Part shown: in pieces, positions 16,295 through 26,128 of the stretch
Layout: each line of letters begins with the position of its first letter
How positions within the stretch are numbered: position 1 is the stretch's first letter
Assembly (NCBI GenBank): GCA_025351345.1
Contig: JANXWB010000010.1
Coordinates: forward strand, 22,330 to 86,329
Length of the DNA stretch: 64,000 nucleotides
Source: Synechococcales cyanobacterium GL140_1_metabat_312
Lineage (GTDB): Bacteria; Cyanobacteriota; Cyanobacteriia; Leptolyngbyales; Leptolyngbyaceae
Direction of reading: 5' to 3'
Notes under the pieces: generated by a model
Seen by the model: the letters and a program-made list of their open reading frames with translations, nothing else
What the model was told of the DNA's origin: nothing
The model's database searches: none
Made by a program: the position numbers and the translations under genes

Positions 16295-18232
16295 TTAACT
16301 CAGTCTTGATTCGCCCATAGCCTCAAATGCGATCGCAAAATCATTCTGCTGAATCCGAATTAAACTCGCATCTTCCACACCACTCGATCGGTGACGACGA
16401 ATAGCTTGAAGTGCGGCTTGATTACTTAATAACGCCAAATCTGCACCATTCCAGCCGTCAGAACATTCAGCAAACTCTGACAAATCTACGCCATCCAAAG
16501 GCCGATCGGCATTGTGAACCTGCAAAATCGACAGCCGACTCGCCGCATCGGGTAAATCCACCTTAAGCTGAATATCTAATCGTCCCGATCGCAATAACGC
16601 TGGATCCAAAGCTTCAGGTCTATTGGTTGCACCAATCAGCAACACTGTACCGCACTCCTGAAGACCATCGAGTTCCGTCAACAATTGACCCACCACCCGA
16701 TCGCTAATGCCCGAATCACCCGTGAACTTACCGCGCACCGGAGCTAAGGTATCAATCTCATCAATAAACACCACACAGGGCGAAGCTTGACGAGCTTTAG
16801 TGAACAATTCACGCACTTCCTGTTCCGCCGCACCAACCCACCGACTCATTAACTCTGGGCCTTTCACGGAAATAAAATTAGCCCGTGCTTGGGAGGCAAC
16901 GGCTTTAGCCAGCAATGTTTTGCCTGTTCCGGGTGGTCCCCACAGTAAAACACCTCGGGGCGCTTTAGCTCCTGTTCGCGCATATAAATCTGGATACAGC
17001 AATGCACCCTCAACGGACTCTTGCAATATTCGCTTAATGTCCACCAATCCGCCAATTTGCGACCAGCTCACGTCCGGCGATTCGACTTCAACAGAGCGTA
17101 ATACCGACGGTTTAATTTCTTTTAGCGCGGCTATAAAATCAGGTTGAGTAATAGTTAAAGTGTCAGGAATTTGGGCTGAAAGCGTGGGAACTTGACGACG
17201 CAAGGCAATATAGGCGGCTTTTTGGACGATCGCTTTCAAATCTGCACCCACCATTCCAACACTCAGGTCCGCGATCGGATCCAAATCCACATCCACCAAG
17301 GGCATCGCTTGGGTAAGAATGATCAAAATTTCCAACCGACCCGACCGATCGGGCACACGATATTGAACTTCGCGATCGAATCGACCAGGGCGACGCAAGG
17401 CAGGATCCAAATGATCTGGGCGGTTAGTCGCGGCCAAGACGAGTACGCCTTTAGTTTGGGCAAACCCATCCATTAACGTGAGTAACTGGGCCACCACCCG
17501 CTTTTCAACTTCGCCCTCAACCTTCGATCGATCGGGCGCAAGGGCATCGATTTCATCAATAAAAAGAATACAAGGCGCGGATTGAGCCGCTTTTTCAAAC
17601 ACCGATCGTAGGTTAGTTTCAGCTTCCCCGTAGTGTTTACCCATGACCTCTGGACCCGCGATCGCAATGTAATTTGTACCCAGTTCAGCCGCGATCGATC
17701 GGGCAGTCAAGGTCTTACCAGTACCAGGCGGGCCGACGAGCAAAATCCCACGAGGCGGTTCTAGTCCCAGTTTTACCAGTAGATCTGGGCGCTTTAATGG
17801 CAATTCAATCAGCTCACGTAACTCTTGAAGGGTTGTACCGAGACCACCGATCGTCTTGGTGCCTAAGCTAGAACCTGTGGCGGAGTCGGTAGGCGGCGGC
17901 GTGATGATAATAGGATCAGAGACTGACGAGGCTGGTGATGGTGCTTGAGGTGAATTTAGGTTGCTCACACCGATTCCTGTGCCTGAGGGAGCAGAACCTG
18001 AGGTTGTCCGGCGGGGAATGGTGCTGAGGCGGCGACCATTGACTTGAACATCCGTTTGAAGATTGGTTTTGAGTTCTCCGCTAGCGACCTTCTCTTCGAG
18101 GGTTTTTGCTAGCTCTAATAGTTGCTCAAATCCTTTAAACAAATCGCTCATGTCTAACCTCTTTTCGGTAGTGATGCTTAGAGTACCCGAATGGTTCTGA
18201 TGTCTCACCATGATTGTCTCACCACGCAACAT
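16295..18232 (-). CDS. Two-domain AAA+ ATPase, Cdc48/p97-like D1-D2 core with a disordered N-terminus
   Basis: Two Walker A motifs (LLVGPPGTGKT and LLWGPPGTGKT) and two Walker B motifs (ILFIDEIDAL and VVFIDEIDTL). ATNRP appears twice. The start is probably the Met at 18151 (MSDLFKGFEQ). Confidence 0.9.
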   Translation of the reverse strand: MLRGETIMVRHQNHSGTLSITTEKRLDMSDLFKGFEQLLELAKTLEEKVASGELKTNLQTDVQVNGRRLSTIPRRTTSGSAPSGTGIGVSNLNSPQAPSPASSVSDPIIITPPPTDSATGSSLGTKTIGGLGTTLQELRELIELPLKRPDLLVKLGLEPPRGILLVGPPGTGKTLTARSIAAELGTNYIAIAGPEVMGKHYGEAETNLRSVFEKAAQSAPCILFIDEIDALAPDRSKVEGEVEKRVVAQLLTLMDGFAQTKGVLVLAATNRPDHLDPALRRPGRFDREVQYRVPDRSGRLEILIILTQAMPLVDVDLDPIADLSVGMVGADLKAIVQKAAYIALRRQVPTLSAQIPDTLTITQPDFIAALKEIKPSVLRSVEVESPDVSWSQIGGLVDIKRILQESVEGALLYPDLYARTGAKAPRGVLLWGPPGTGKTLLAKAVASQARANFISVKGPELMSRWVGAAEQEVRELFTKARQASPCVVFIDEIDTLAPVRGKFTGDSGISDRVVGQLLTELDGLQECGTVLLIGATNRPEALDPALLRSGRLDIQLKVDLPDAASRLSILQVHNADRPLDGVDLSEFAECSDGWNGADLALLSNQAALQAIRRHRSSGVEDASLIRIQQNDFAIAFEAMGESRLS

Positions 18233-18264
18233 CGATAAATTAAACGCTACCGATCGGCATTAAG

Positions 18265-18618
18265 CTAGTTCAACGATGAATCAGGGGGCCGATCGTCAGG
18301 ATTGCCTAGATCTTCCAGACGCAATCCAGGAGAGGAGATGTGTCGATTCTTTACAAAATCTTTCACCGCTAATTGACGATTTTCCATGAATTTACTCCAA
18401 AACCCAGGGATCAGGGTATCCATACTTTTTGCAATAGACCAGACTTCCAATGCCATCATGTTGTAGAAGGTCCGATCGGTACGACGCAAACTTTCAAGCC
18501 ATTGTTCAACACTCATTTGAGGCGCGCAGGAGTCTGGGATAGAGTCGGGAGCAGGGTCAGTCATCGGATCGGGGCTATCAGAATTTTGCATAGAAGACAA
18601 GTCGAGAACAGGAGGCAA
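18265..18618 (-). CDS. Hypothetical small acidic/Pro-rich protein, 32 nt upstream of the AAA+ gene
   Basis: The ORF begins with TTG. Possible ATG starts are at 18591 and 18516 (MSVEQWLESLRRTDRTFYNMMALEVW...). No family recognised. Confidence 0.45.
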   Translation of the reverse strand: MPPVLDLSSMQNSDSPDPMTDPAPDSIPDSCAPQMSVEQWLESLRRTDRTFYNMMALEVWSIAKSMDTLIPGFWSKFMENRQLAVKDFVKNRHISSPGLRLEDLGNPDDRPPDSSLN

Positions 18619-18820
18619 GGTGAATTTTGATTAAAATACGCCACATCAAGTCAAGGACGACAGGACGTTTGCAACCGTGGAAATAGCTTTAGCATGGCTT
18701 ACTTAACCGAATTTCGTCTACCCATTGCAGTTACGAATTATGGATAGAAGTAGGGATCGAGGATGAACTGGATTCGGCCCCGTGAGACAATAGGAGCAAT
18801 AAAAAGCGGATTTATCTGGA

Positions 18821-20605
18821 TTGCCACCTATGAAGCGCCGATCGATTTCAACTGTTCTACTCGCTGTAATTGTTCTTCCTCTGGTTCTGTTAATTGCAGG
18901 GGTGGCATGGAGTAAAAACTATGACCCGTTTAAAGCGCTGAGTAAATCAAGCAGCAGTACCAATCCGACAACTAGTCTTTTTGTTGCGCAGAATGCTCCC
19001 ATCAGCTTGTCCTTAACGGTTAATCCCGATCGGCTGCTGGCGGTGTCGCCCACGGTGCTAAATTTTGGTAAGTCTAAAACTCAAGGCGATCTGGAAAATT
19101 TACGCGATAGTCTATTGGGGCTTGGAACACTCGATTATAAAACCAGCGTCATGCCTTGGTTAGGCGATGAATTAACCCTAGCGGTGACATCCCGCAGTGT
19201 CGATCGGACGTTGGCGGATAGTCATCACCCCGGTTACTTACTAGCCCTAAAAACCAATGATGCGATCGCGTCCCGTGCTTTTTTACGTGAGTTTTGGCGA
19301 GTTCGAGCCTTGACGGCCCAACAGACTGAAACCTATAAGGGAAGCGAGATTACCTATGGTCAAGTTAAAAATAGTCAGATCAAGAATAGTCAAGCCAAAG
19401 ATTCGGGAGTGCAATTGTCGGAGGTAACTTTTACATTAGCAAGTGCCATTGTCGGAAATCAGTATGTTTTGTTTGCTAATAGTCCTAAAGTATTAAAAAA
19501 TGCCATTAACAATGTTCAAGTTCCCAGCTTAAATCTCCAAGGAAATGAACAATATCAACGAGCGGTGGGGGCGATCGATTCTAAGCATTTAGGTATTTTA
19601 TATATTAATCTTCCTGAATTCACAGCTTTAACAGGGGATGATTCAATTGTTCGATCGCTCGTCCAATTGCCCACAGTGTCTCCGATTACCTACAGCACGA
19701 TGGCGATGGGATTGCGCGGCAGCCGATCGGGGTTGATTTTAGATACGGTACTGGTTCCAGATGAATTGAGTTCAGAGTCCGATCGTAAAACTGTTCAAAC
19801 TAAAGACAGTCAAACTAAGGCCAAAACGCTAGATATTTTAAACGTATTGCCCGATCGGAGTATGGCGATCGCTATAGGTAATAATCTGACTGAACTTTGG
19901 CCCACCATTTCCCATACGATAAAGGGCTATTCTGCATTAGAAACCTTACAAAACCAAGTTCTGCAACCTTTAGAGGCAGAGTCACAATTGAATTTAATTC
20001 AAGATATATTTCAATGGGTCAAGGGAGACTATGGATTTACAATAGCGCCCATCAAGCCCAATCAGCCAACCCAGTGGGTCTTTGCGGTAAAACGGGAGGG
20101 TCAAGAAATTGAACAAGGGATCGCTAAATTAGACAAGATTGCTCGCGATCGAGGATTAACAATTGGTCCAGTGAAGTTGGGGGATCAAACCGTGCAAGCT
20201 TGGACTCAGCTTTCATCAAGTGAGAATACTCAACTATCGGCGAATACGATCGCGGCTCATACAACAATCGGTAATTATGAAGTATTTTCCACATCATTAA
20301 AAATGTTAGAAAATTTAGCAAATCAATCCGAAAAAACATTGAGTCAAAATTCAGACTGGACGTTAGCAACCCACGAGATTGATAATCCAAATCAAGGCTA
20401 TGTCCATATCGATTGGAATACAGTTCAGCCATTACTTGAAAAACAAGTGCCGGGACTTCGATTGATTGAAGTTTTAGCACAACCGATCGTCACTCACCTC
20501 AAGTCATTAACCATTAGTGCGGCAGAATCTAATGCTGGAGAATCTAGTGCATCAGATAATTCTGCGGGAATTGCTAAAGGAACTGTAGTTATAGGTTTAA
20601 AATAA
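18821..20605 (+). CDS. Membrane-anchored conserved cyanobacterial protein (DUF3352-like)
   Basis: 594 aa with an N-terminal TM helix (VLLAVIVLPLVLLIAGVAW). The ATG is at 18830. The family name is from memory of similar 600-aa cyanobacterial proteins and was not verified. Confidence 0.55.
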   Translation: MPPMKRRSISTVLLAVIVLPLVLLIAGVAWSKNYDPFKALSKSSSSTNPTTSLFVAQNAPISLSLTVNPDRLLAVSPTVLNFGKSKTQGDLENLRDSLLGLGTLDYKTSVMPWLGDELTLAVTSRSVDRTLADSHHPGYLLALKTNDAIASRAFLREFWRVRALTAQQTETYKGSEITYGQVKNSQIKNSQAKDSGVQLSEVTFTLASAIVGNQYVLFANSPKVLKNAINNVQVPSLNLQGNEQYQRAVGAIDSKHLGILYINLPEFTALTGDDSIVRSLVQLPTVSPITYSTMAMGLRGSRSGLILDTVLVPDELSSESDRKTVQTKDSQTKAKTLDILNVLPDRSMAIAIGNNLTELWPTISHTIKGYSALETLQNQVLQPLEAESQLNLIQDIFQWVKGDYGFTIAPIKPNQPTQWVFAVKREGQEIEQGIAKLDKIARDRGLTIGPVKLGDQTVQAWTQLSSSENTQLSANTIAAHTTIGNYEVFSTSLKMLENLANQSEKTLSQNSDWTLATHEIDNPNQGYVHIDWNTVQPLLEKQVPGLRLIEVLAQPIVTHLKSLTISAAESNAGESSASDNSAGIAKGTVVIGLK

Positions 20606-20617
20606 ACTATTCTTTTT

Positions 20618-21262
20618 ATGCCACAAGCCACAATTGATCAATGGGTCCAACACCTACGCCAAGGCGCGATCGGGAGCTTTCCTACGGATACTGTTCCGGC
20701 CCTTGCCGCCTATCCTGATTTCGCTGACCAGATCTACACTATTAAATCCCGCAGTGCTGAAAAGCCGCTGATTTTAATGGCTGGAGATAGTCAGGATCTA
20801 TGGCCATATTTAGCTCTCGATCAGAATAATTCTAGTCATTGGCAAATAATGATGGATGCTTTTTTCCCTGGTGCATTGACATTAGTATTACCTAAGCGCG
20901 ATCAAATATTAGTTAAACTCAATCCCGCACAAACTAGAACCATCGGCGTTCGTGTCCCAAATCACCATTCGGCCCAAGCAATCCTACGCCAAACAGGGCC
21001 ACTAGCGACAACAAGCGTCAATCGTTCGGGTGAACCTGCACTTTTGAATATGATCGATATCCGATCGCAATTTCCCAATATTTATACGCTTTCAGATTTG
21101 GCATTAAAAGAACTCGGAATTGTTGAACCCGCTATTTCGACGATTACCCCACCTTTACCCTCAACAGTAATTGAATGGATTGGAACTGGCTGGACAATTT
21201 TGAGACAAGGTGCGATCGTTTTTTCGGATGCGGAAAAACATACCTATCGAATTAAGAATTGA
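20618..21262 (+). CDS. tsaC: L-threonylcarbamoyladenylate synthase, YrdC/TsaC-domain
   Basis: FPTDTVPALAA, KPLILMAGD, GVRVPNH and TSVNRSGEP are YrdC-domain motifs. Confidence 0.8.
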   Translation: MPQATIDQWVQHLRQGAIGSFPTDTVPALAAYPDFADQIYTIKSRSAEKPLILMAGDSQDLWPYLALDQNNSSHWQIMMDAFFPGALTLVLPKRDQILVKLNPAQTRTIGVRVPNHHSAQAILRQTGPLATTSVNRSGEPALLNMIDIRSQFPNIYTLSDLALKELGIVEPAISTITPPLPSTVIEWIGTGWTILRQGAIVFSDAEKHTYRIKN

Positions 21263-21368
21263 GTACGATCGGGCAGCGATTCCCTTAAAACACAAAAACT
21301 CAGGAATAATCTCCTAAATTCAAAATTCTCTTCCCAAACCCCGCACCTCATAGCAGGATCATTACATC

Positions 21369-22925
21369 ATGGCAGAACTATCCCTCGCCCAGCACTACCA
21401 CGAACGGACAAAATACGATCCCGACACTCTCCGGAGCAAGAGCCAAAGCTTGGACTGGAGCCGTCAACCTGTACCTTTTAAGGAATACAAAATTGGGGTT
21501 AATTTTGAGCTGCGATCGTACCTAGAACCCCGAAAGGAATCGCAAAACGAAGACATCGGCGATCTCGACGAACAGTTCTGGTATCGACTATCACGCTTTT
21601 TATTTTTCAGCTATGGCATCACTGCCATGCTACCCACCGACGCGCAGCCCCACTATTTCCGCACATCGCCGTCCGCTGGAGGACTATATCCGGCTGAACT
21701 TTATCTGATCTCACGAGGCACCAAAAATCTTCCCGCTGGACTCTACAACTACCAAGCGCGGCAACATTCCCTCATCCGGTACTGGGAAAGTGACGTGTGG
21801 ACTGCATTGCAGAATGCCTGCTTCTGGCACCCCGCCCTAGAAGGAACACAACTGGCATTGGTCGTGACGACAGTTTTTGAACGATCGGCTTGGCGCTATC
21901 AAGATCGTGCCTATCGACGGGTGTTGCTTGACAGTGGGCATTTGCTCGGCAACATCGAACTCGCCGGGTCAATGCAAGACTTTCGACCTCATTTAATCAC
22001 AGGCTTTGCCGATCGATCGATCAATGATTTGTTGTATTTAGACGATCAACAAGAAGCCGCAATGGCTATATTACCGCTGGCCGATCTCAAGCAACTCAAT
22101 CACCATTTGTCTTTGAGTCAAACAACGATCGCGAGTGCCACAAATTATAATTACAATTCACAAATTCCCGACGGTCAGCTTTTGGGTCAACTTCACCAAG
22201 CAACCAAAATTCAAACTAGCGATCGTAAAATTGAATGGCAACGTGAGGCGACAACGCTACGATCGGACAAGTATAATTTCCCATTTTGTCTCAAAGTTGA
22301 TATGCGATCGTCCCCAATTTTGTGGAGTAATAATGCAGTAGAGGCGAACCTTATTGGCCTAGAGGAAACACTAGTTCAGCGCCGATCGACCCGTAGCTAT
22401 AATGGCGGCAATTTGACATTGAATGAACTCAAAGCAATTCTAGACTTCACCTATCATCCAGACCACTACATTGAACAAAATCTCGATCATTGTCCCGACT
22501 ATTGCGCCCTTGATTTAGTAGAGACCTTTATTGCAGTTTCAGGAATTCAGGGACTAGAGGAAGGTTGCTACTACTATGCGCCTCATTCTCAAGAACTACG
22601 ACAAATTCGGTTCAAAAACTTTCGTCAAGAACTCCATTTTCTCTGCCTTGGCCAAGAACTCGGACGAGATGCCGCAGCGGTTGTGTTCCATACGGCAGAT
22701 TTACGGGGCGCAATCAAACAATGGGGCGATCGGGCCTATCGATATTTACATTTAGATGCCGGACATTTGGGTCAACGAATAAACCTAGCTGCCATCCGTT
22801 TGGGCCTCGGGGTCAGCGGAATTGCAGGATTTTTTGACGATCGGGTAAATGAAACATTAGGCATTCCAATAGACGAAGCGGTTCTATACATCACCACGCT
22901 AGGACAACCTAGGCGAGGTGGCTAA
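21369..22925 (+). CDS. SagB/ThcOx-type tandem nitroreductase-fold dehydrogenase
   Basis: HYHERTKYDP at the N-terminus, SPSAGGLYPAELYL, and a second half with RRSTRSY...LDAGHLGQRINLAA. Confidence 0.75.
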   Translation: MAELSLAQHYHERTKYDPDTLRSKSQSLDWSRQPVPFKEYKIGVNFELRSYLEPRKESQNEDIGDLDEQFWYRLSRFLFFSYGITAMLPTDAQPHYFRTSPSAGGLYPAELYLISRGTKNLPAGLYNYQARQHSLIRYWESDVWTALQNACFWHPALEGTQLALVVTTVFERSAWRYQDRAYRRVLLDSGHLLGNIELAGSMQDFRPHLITGFADRSINDLLYLDDQQEAAMAILPLADLKQLNHHLSLSQTTIASATNYNYNSQIPDGQLLGQLHQATKIQTSDRKIEWQREATTLRSDKYNFPFCLKVDMRSSPILWSNNAVEANLIGLEETLVQRRSTRSYNGGNLTLNELKAILDFTYHPDHYIEQNLDHCPDYCALDLVETFIAVSGIQGLEEGCYYYAPHSQELRQIRFKNFRQELHFLCLGQELGRDAAAVVFHTADLRGAIKQWGDRAYRYLHLDAGHLGQRINLAAIRLGLGVSGIAGFFDDRVNETLGIPIDEAVLYITTLGQPRRGG

Positions 22926-22955
22926 GAGGGGAAAATCTTTCGTTGCTATGGCCCG

Positions 22956-23036
22956 CTCCCCCTAAATTCCCCTTTTCAAGGGGGGACTATGAGTAGAATT
23001 CTAGTTCCCTCTTTTTAAGGGAGTTAGGGGGGATCG
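22956..23036. repeat. Inverted pair of C5/G6-tract hairpin modules between convergent genes (probable bidirectional terminator, or a member of a dispersed repeat family)
   Basis: Module A is ctccccctaaattccccttttcaaggggggac. The reverse complement of module B is cccccctaactcccttaaaaagagggaac. Module A contains a local hairpin ccccttTTCaagggg. Confidence 0.5.
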
Positions 23037-23107
23037 GGTTAAGGGATCGGGCCTCGATCGCTACAACCTTCGATTTTCAAGCATTCTCTAATTAGAATGA
23101 ACATCCA

Positions 23108-24487
23108 TCATTCCTGCGCACCCACCAATTTCTTATAGATCTCCTCGTAAGCGATCGCACTCGCCTCCCAACTGAAATCAGACTCCATGCCGCGTTGTTG
23201 CAACCCCGACCACAATGCTTTGAATCTAAATGCTTCTGAAGCTCGGACTAACGATGTAAATAAATCCAATGGTTCATACCGATCGAAACAATAGCCCGTC
23301 CCAGTCTCGGCCACCGGATCATGATGACTGACCGTATCCACCAGACCACCCGTACGCCGAACAATCGGCACACAACCATAGCGCATCGCCATCATTTGAC
23401 TAATCCCACAGGGTTCAAATCGCGACGGCATCAAGAACGCATCACAGCCCGCATAAATTCGACGGGCCAATGCATCGTTATAAAGCAAATAGGTCGCCAT
23501 ACGTCCCGGATACTTCGCCGCCAATTCCCACAATGCCGTCTCGTAATACCGATCGCCCGTTCCCAACACCACAATTTGCGCATCGTTATAGGCCAAAAAC
23601 CGATCGAGCACCTGCAAAATCAAATCAATCCCTTTCTGTTCCACCAGTCGAGACACCACACCAATTAAGAACGTCGGTTCACTGACCGTTAGGCCCACTT
23701 CCTGTTGTAACGCCGCTTTATTGAATAGCCGATCGTCTAAGGTTTTACTCGTGAATGTACGAGCGATCGCGGAGTCATTGGATGGATCAAATACTTCAGT
23801 ATCGATTCCATTGACAATTCCAGAGGTTTTGTCGCTAATAAACGATAGCAATCCTTCTAATGTTTCACCATAGGTTTCAGTCTTAATTTGTTCTGCGTAG
23901 GTCGGCGAAACCGTCGTTACCCAATTAGCAGATTGAACAGCAGCAGCCATTGTGTTGTGGCCTTGCATATACCACGGGCACCAGGTCATTTTTTCGAGCT
24001 TCCAGCGCCACGGACCTTGATAAGCCAGGTTATGAATTGTGAATACTGTAGAAATATCTGGAGTCTGATGCAACCAGACCGGAAGCATTCCCGTATGCCA
24101 ATCATGACAATGAACAACGTCCGGTTTCCAATAGTTCCAGGCAAACTCTGCTGCGCCATTCGAGAAAAACGTAAATCGCCAATCTTCGTCTGAACCAGAA
24201 TAAATATGCTTTGGATCAAAGGCCGGATGACCAAACAAATACAAGGGCACATCCGTTCCCGGCAACACCGTTTCGTAAACCGCAAACCGATTAAACATAG
24301 CACTACCCGACCAGACGGGTTTCGGCGGGATTTCTAGCTTGGTGCCGAGGGTCCCATAGTACGGCATGAAAATTCGCACATCATGACCCATCGATCGCAA
24401 CACCTTCGGCAGCGCACCCACGACATCACCCATGCCACCAACCTTAGCAACAGGGGCGACCTCTGCCGAGACAAACAAAATACGCAT
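23108..24487 (-). CDS. glgA: Glycogen synthase (ADP-glucose type)
   Basis: [38 protein letters not shown], and the C-terminal [15 protein letters not shown] and GGLVDTV. Confidence 0.95.
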   Translation of the reverse strand: MRILFVSAEVAPVAKVGGMGDVVGALPKVLRSMGHDVRIFMPYYGTLGTKLEIPPKPVWSGSAMFNRFAVYETVLPGTDVPLYLFGHPAFDPKHIYSGSDEDWRFTFFSNGAAEFAWNYWKPDVVHCHDWHTGMLPVWLHQTPDISTVFTIHNLAYQGPWRWKLEKMTWCPWYMQGHNTMAAAVQSANWVTTVSPTYAEQIKTETYGETLEGLLSFISDKTSGIVNGIDTEVFDPSNDSAIARTFTSKTLDDRLFNKAALQQEVGLTVSEPTFLIGVVSRLVEQKGIDLILQVLDRFLAYNDAQIVVLGTGDRYYETALWELAAKYPGRMATYLLYNDALARRIYAGCDAFLMPSRFEPCGISQMMAMRYGCVPIVRRTGGLVDTVSHHDPVAETGTGYCFDRYEPLDLFTSLVRASEAFRFKALWSGLQQRGMESDFSWEASAIAYEEIYKKLVGAQE

Positions 24488-24603
24488 GGGTGAAACGTCC
24501 TTACCGATCGATTATCCTCTGAATCATACGACCTTAAGGATCGCTCGCGCAGTGTCTCATTTTGCAGAAATCCAGATCGCCCTTATGACCGTTATCACTC
24601 TAG

Positions 24604-25137
24604 CTATTGCGCTGGCTTCATATCGTCTGCCACTGCCGCTTTCGTCGGAACAAAAATCGGTTGATCTAGGGCGATCATTAAAGTGCTGGGGGCTGGCATT
24701 TGCAGTTGGTCAGACGATTTCGTGGCCGTGTTGGTCGATTTCGTGGCCAATTGGGGCGATGTATTTGGGAAAAGCGTCACTACCGCGATCGCTGCTGCTG
24801 CGGCCACCGCACCCCCAATTCCCGTCAACACCCGCCAGTCAGGCCGAGGCCGATGGAGTTTTTTGAGTACTTTTGCGATCGTCAGATCCACATGTTCCGC
24901 CATAACTGGTGAGGGAAGCTGTTGGAACCCGAGCTGCAACTTGGTCATGCGACGATGCATTTTTGCAAAAGCTGGATCTTCATTAATCCAGGCTTCCACT
25001 TGACGACGTTCGTCCGCTGTCACTTCATGGTCAATATACGCGCTCAGCAATTCAAATCGATCGCGATGAAGCGTACCACAAGAAATGTGAGAGTCAGAAC
25101 TATGAGAGTCGTAGTTACCGGAATTGGAGGAGTTCAT
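24604..25137 (-). CDS. Membrane anti-sigma factor (zf-HC2-like N-domain + TM)
   Basis: C..H...LSAYIDHEVTADERRQVEAWINEDPAFAKMHRRM, followed by a TM helix (VLTGIGGAVAAAAAIAVVTLF). It lies 70 nt downstream of the ECF sigma gene. Confidence 0.75.
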   Translation of the reverse strand: MNSSNSGNYDSHSSDSHISCGTLHRDRFELLSAYIDHEVTADERRQVEAWINEDPAFAKMHRRMTKLQLGFQQLPSPVMAEHVDLTIAKVLKKLHRPRPDWRVLTGIGGAVAAAAAIAVVTLFPNTSPQLATKSTNTATKSSDQLQMPAPSTLMIALDQPIFVPTKAAVADDMKPAQ

Positions 25138-25207
25138 GGCGGTAGGTGATGCGTTAATAACAAATCAATCAGTAAGCTAATCAGTAAACCAGTCAATGCG
25201 CTAGCCG

Positions 25208-25864
25208 CTAATTGTCTAGATAGGGCTGAAGCTGTTCTTGTAATCGCAATCGGGCGCGGGCAATGCGAGACTTAACTGTGCCGAGGGAAACGCCTGTCAT
25301 TTCAGCAATTTCCTCATAGGCCAACCCCTCAATTTCCCGCAGGACAATGGTAGTACGAAATACTTCAGGCAAATCGCTAATGGCCATTTGGAGCTTTTCA
25401 TGGAACTCACGGGTTCCCAACTCTTCAACGGGTCCAGGTCCGTCATCTGCGATGTCCCAATCCATCTCACCATCGCCCACCATACGGGGCGCATCAAGGG
25501 AAAGTGGGGTGGCGTTTCGCTTCCGTTTGCGCAATTCGTCGTAAAATAAATTAGTCGCAATTCGGCTCAGCCAACCGCGAAATTTCACGGGTTCTTGAAG
25601 CTTCTTGATGTTTCGATAAACTCGTATCCACACTTCTTGCGCTAAGTCCGCACGGTCTTGCCAGTCGGGGGCGAGATGATATAGTACCTTATCCACATGG
25701 GACTGGTAGCGACGCATCAGCTCAGAAAATGCTGATTTATCGGGACGAATTCCCGTTTGGCATTGAAGAACTAAGTCGTAGTTTGAAATCTGTTGGACTG
25801 ATACAGGCATGGACAATGAGGATTTCTCAGCTCCAGACCAGGCAGTTGCATACAGTTGGCTCAT
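25208..25864 (-). CDS. ECF (group 4) sigma-70 factor
   Basis: Region 2 (DLAQEVWIRVYRNIKKL...FRGWLSRIATNLFYDELRKR) and region 4 (FRTTIVLREIEGLAYEEIAEMTGVSLGTVKSRIARAR). The track start at 25873 is TTG. The ATG at 25864 is preferred. Confidence 0.9.
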   Translation of the reverse strand: MSQLYATAWSGAEKSSLSMPVSVQQISNYDLVLQCQTGIRPDKSAFSELMRRYQSHVDKVLYHLAPDWQDRADLAQEVWIRVYRNIKKLQEPVKFRGWLSRIATNLFYDELRKRKRNATPLSLDAPRMVGDGEMDWDIADDGPGPVEELGTREFHEKLQMAISDLPEVFRTTIVLREIEGLAYEEIAEMTGVSLGTVKSRIARARLRLQEQLQPYLDN

Positions 25865-25909
25865 AACGTGCAAACCAAGCGATGATTGTGAATACGATTA
25901 CAAGAACCT

Positions 25910-25935
25910 GACGGTCCGGCTCTGGTAAAGGTTCC
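25910..25935 (-). promoter_or_regulatory. ECF-type promoter (GGAAC-N17-CGTC) upstream of the sigma gene, probably autoregulatory
   Basis: The reverse strand reads tGGGAACctttaccagagccggacCGTCagg. The -10 element lies about 45 nt upstream of the ATG at 25864. Confidence 0.55.
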
Positions 25936-26128
25936 CAATAATTTGCTAGGCGGTCATGAAGGCAAGGTGCGCACATCGACTGGACTGAGTGGACTCCTTA
26001 TAATAGCGCTCCGATCGCAGAGAAGATCCATCATCCATCAGAACATCAGAAGCCGCCGCACAAACCACATCCTGAAGCCCTCAAGAAACCCGTAAGATCA
26101 ATCCCCTATTCTTTTACTCCTTCCCTTT

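Noticed and set aside
20618-22925. Whether the SagB/ThcOx-type dehydrogenase next to a YrdC-domain gene marks a thiazole/oxazole RiPP (TOMM/cyanobactin) cluster.
   Set aside because: The neighbourhood has no YcaO cyclodehydratase, precursor peptide, protease or transporter. The YrdC gene looks like ordinary tsaC, and the flanks are housekeeping genes (DUF3352-like, glgA).
24432-25149. Plus-strand ORFs (24432..24866, 24683..25003, 24922..25149) overlapping the glgA start and the anti-sigma gene.
   Set aside because: The minus-strand reading gives a coherent anti-sigma factor (zf-HC2-like motif plus TM helix) paired with an ECF sigma. The plus-strand products are low-complexity.
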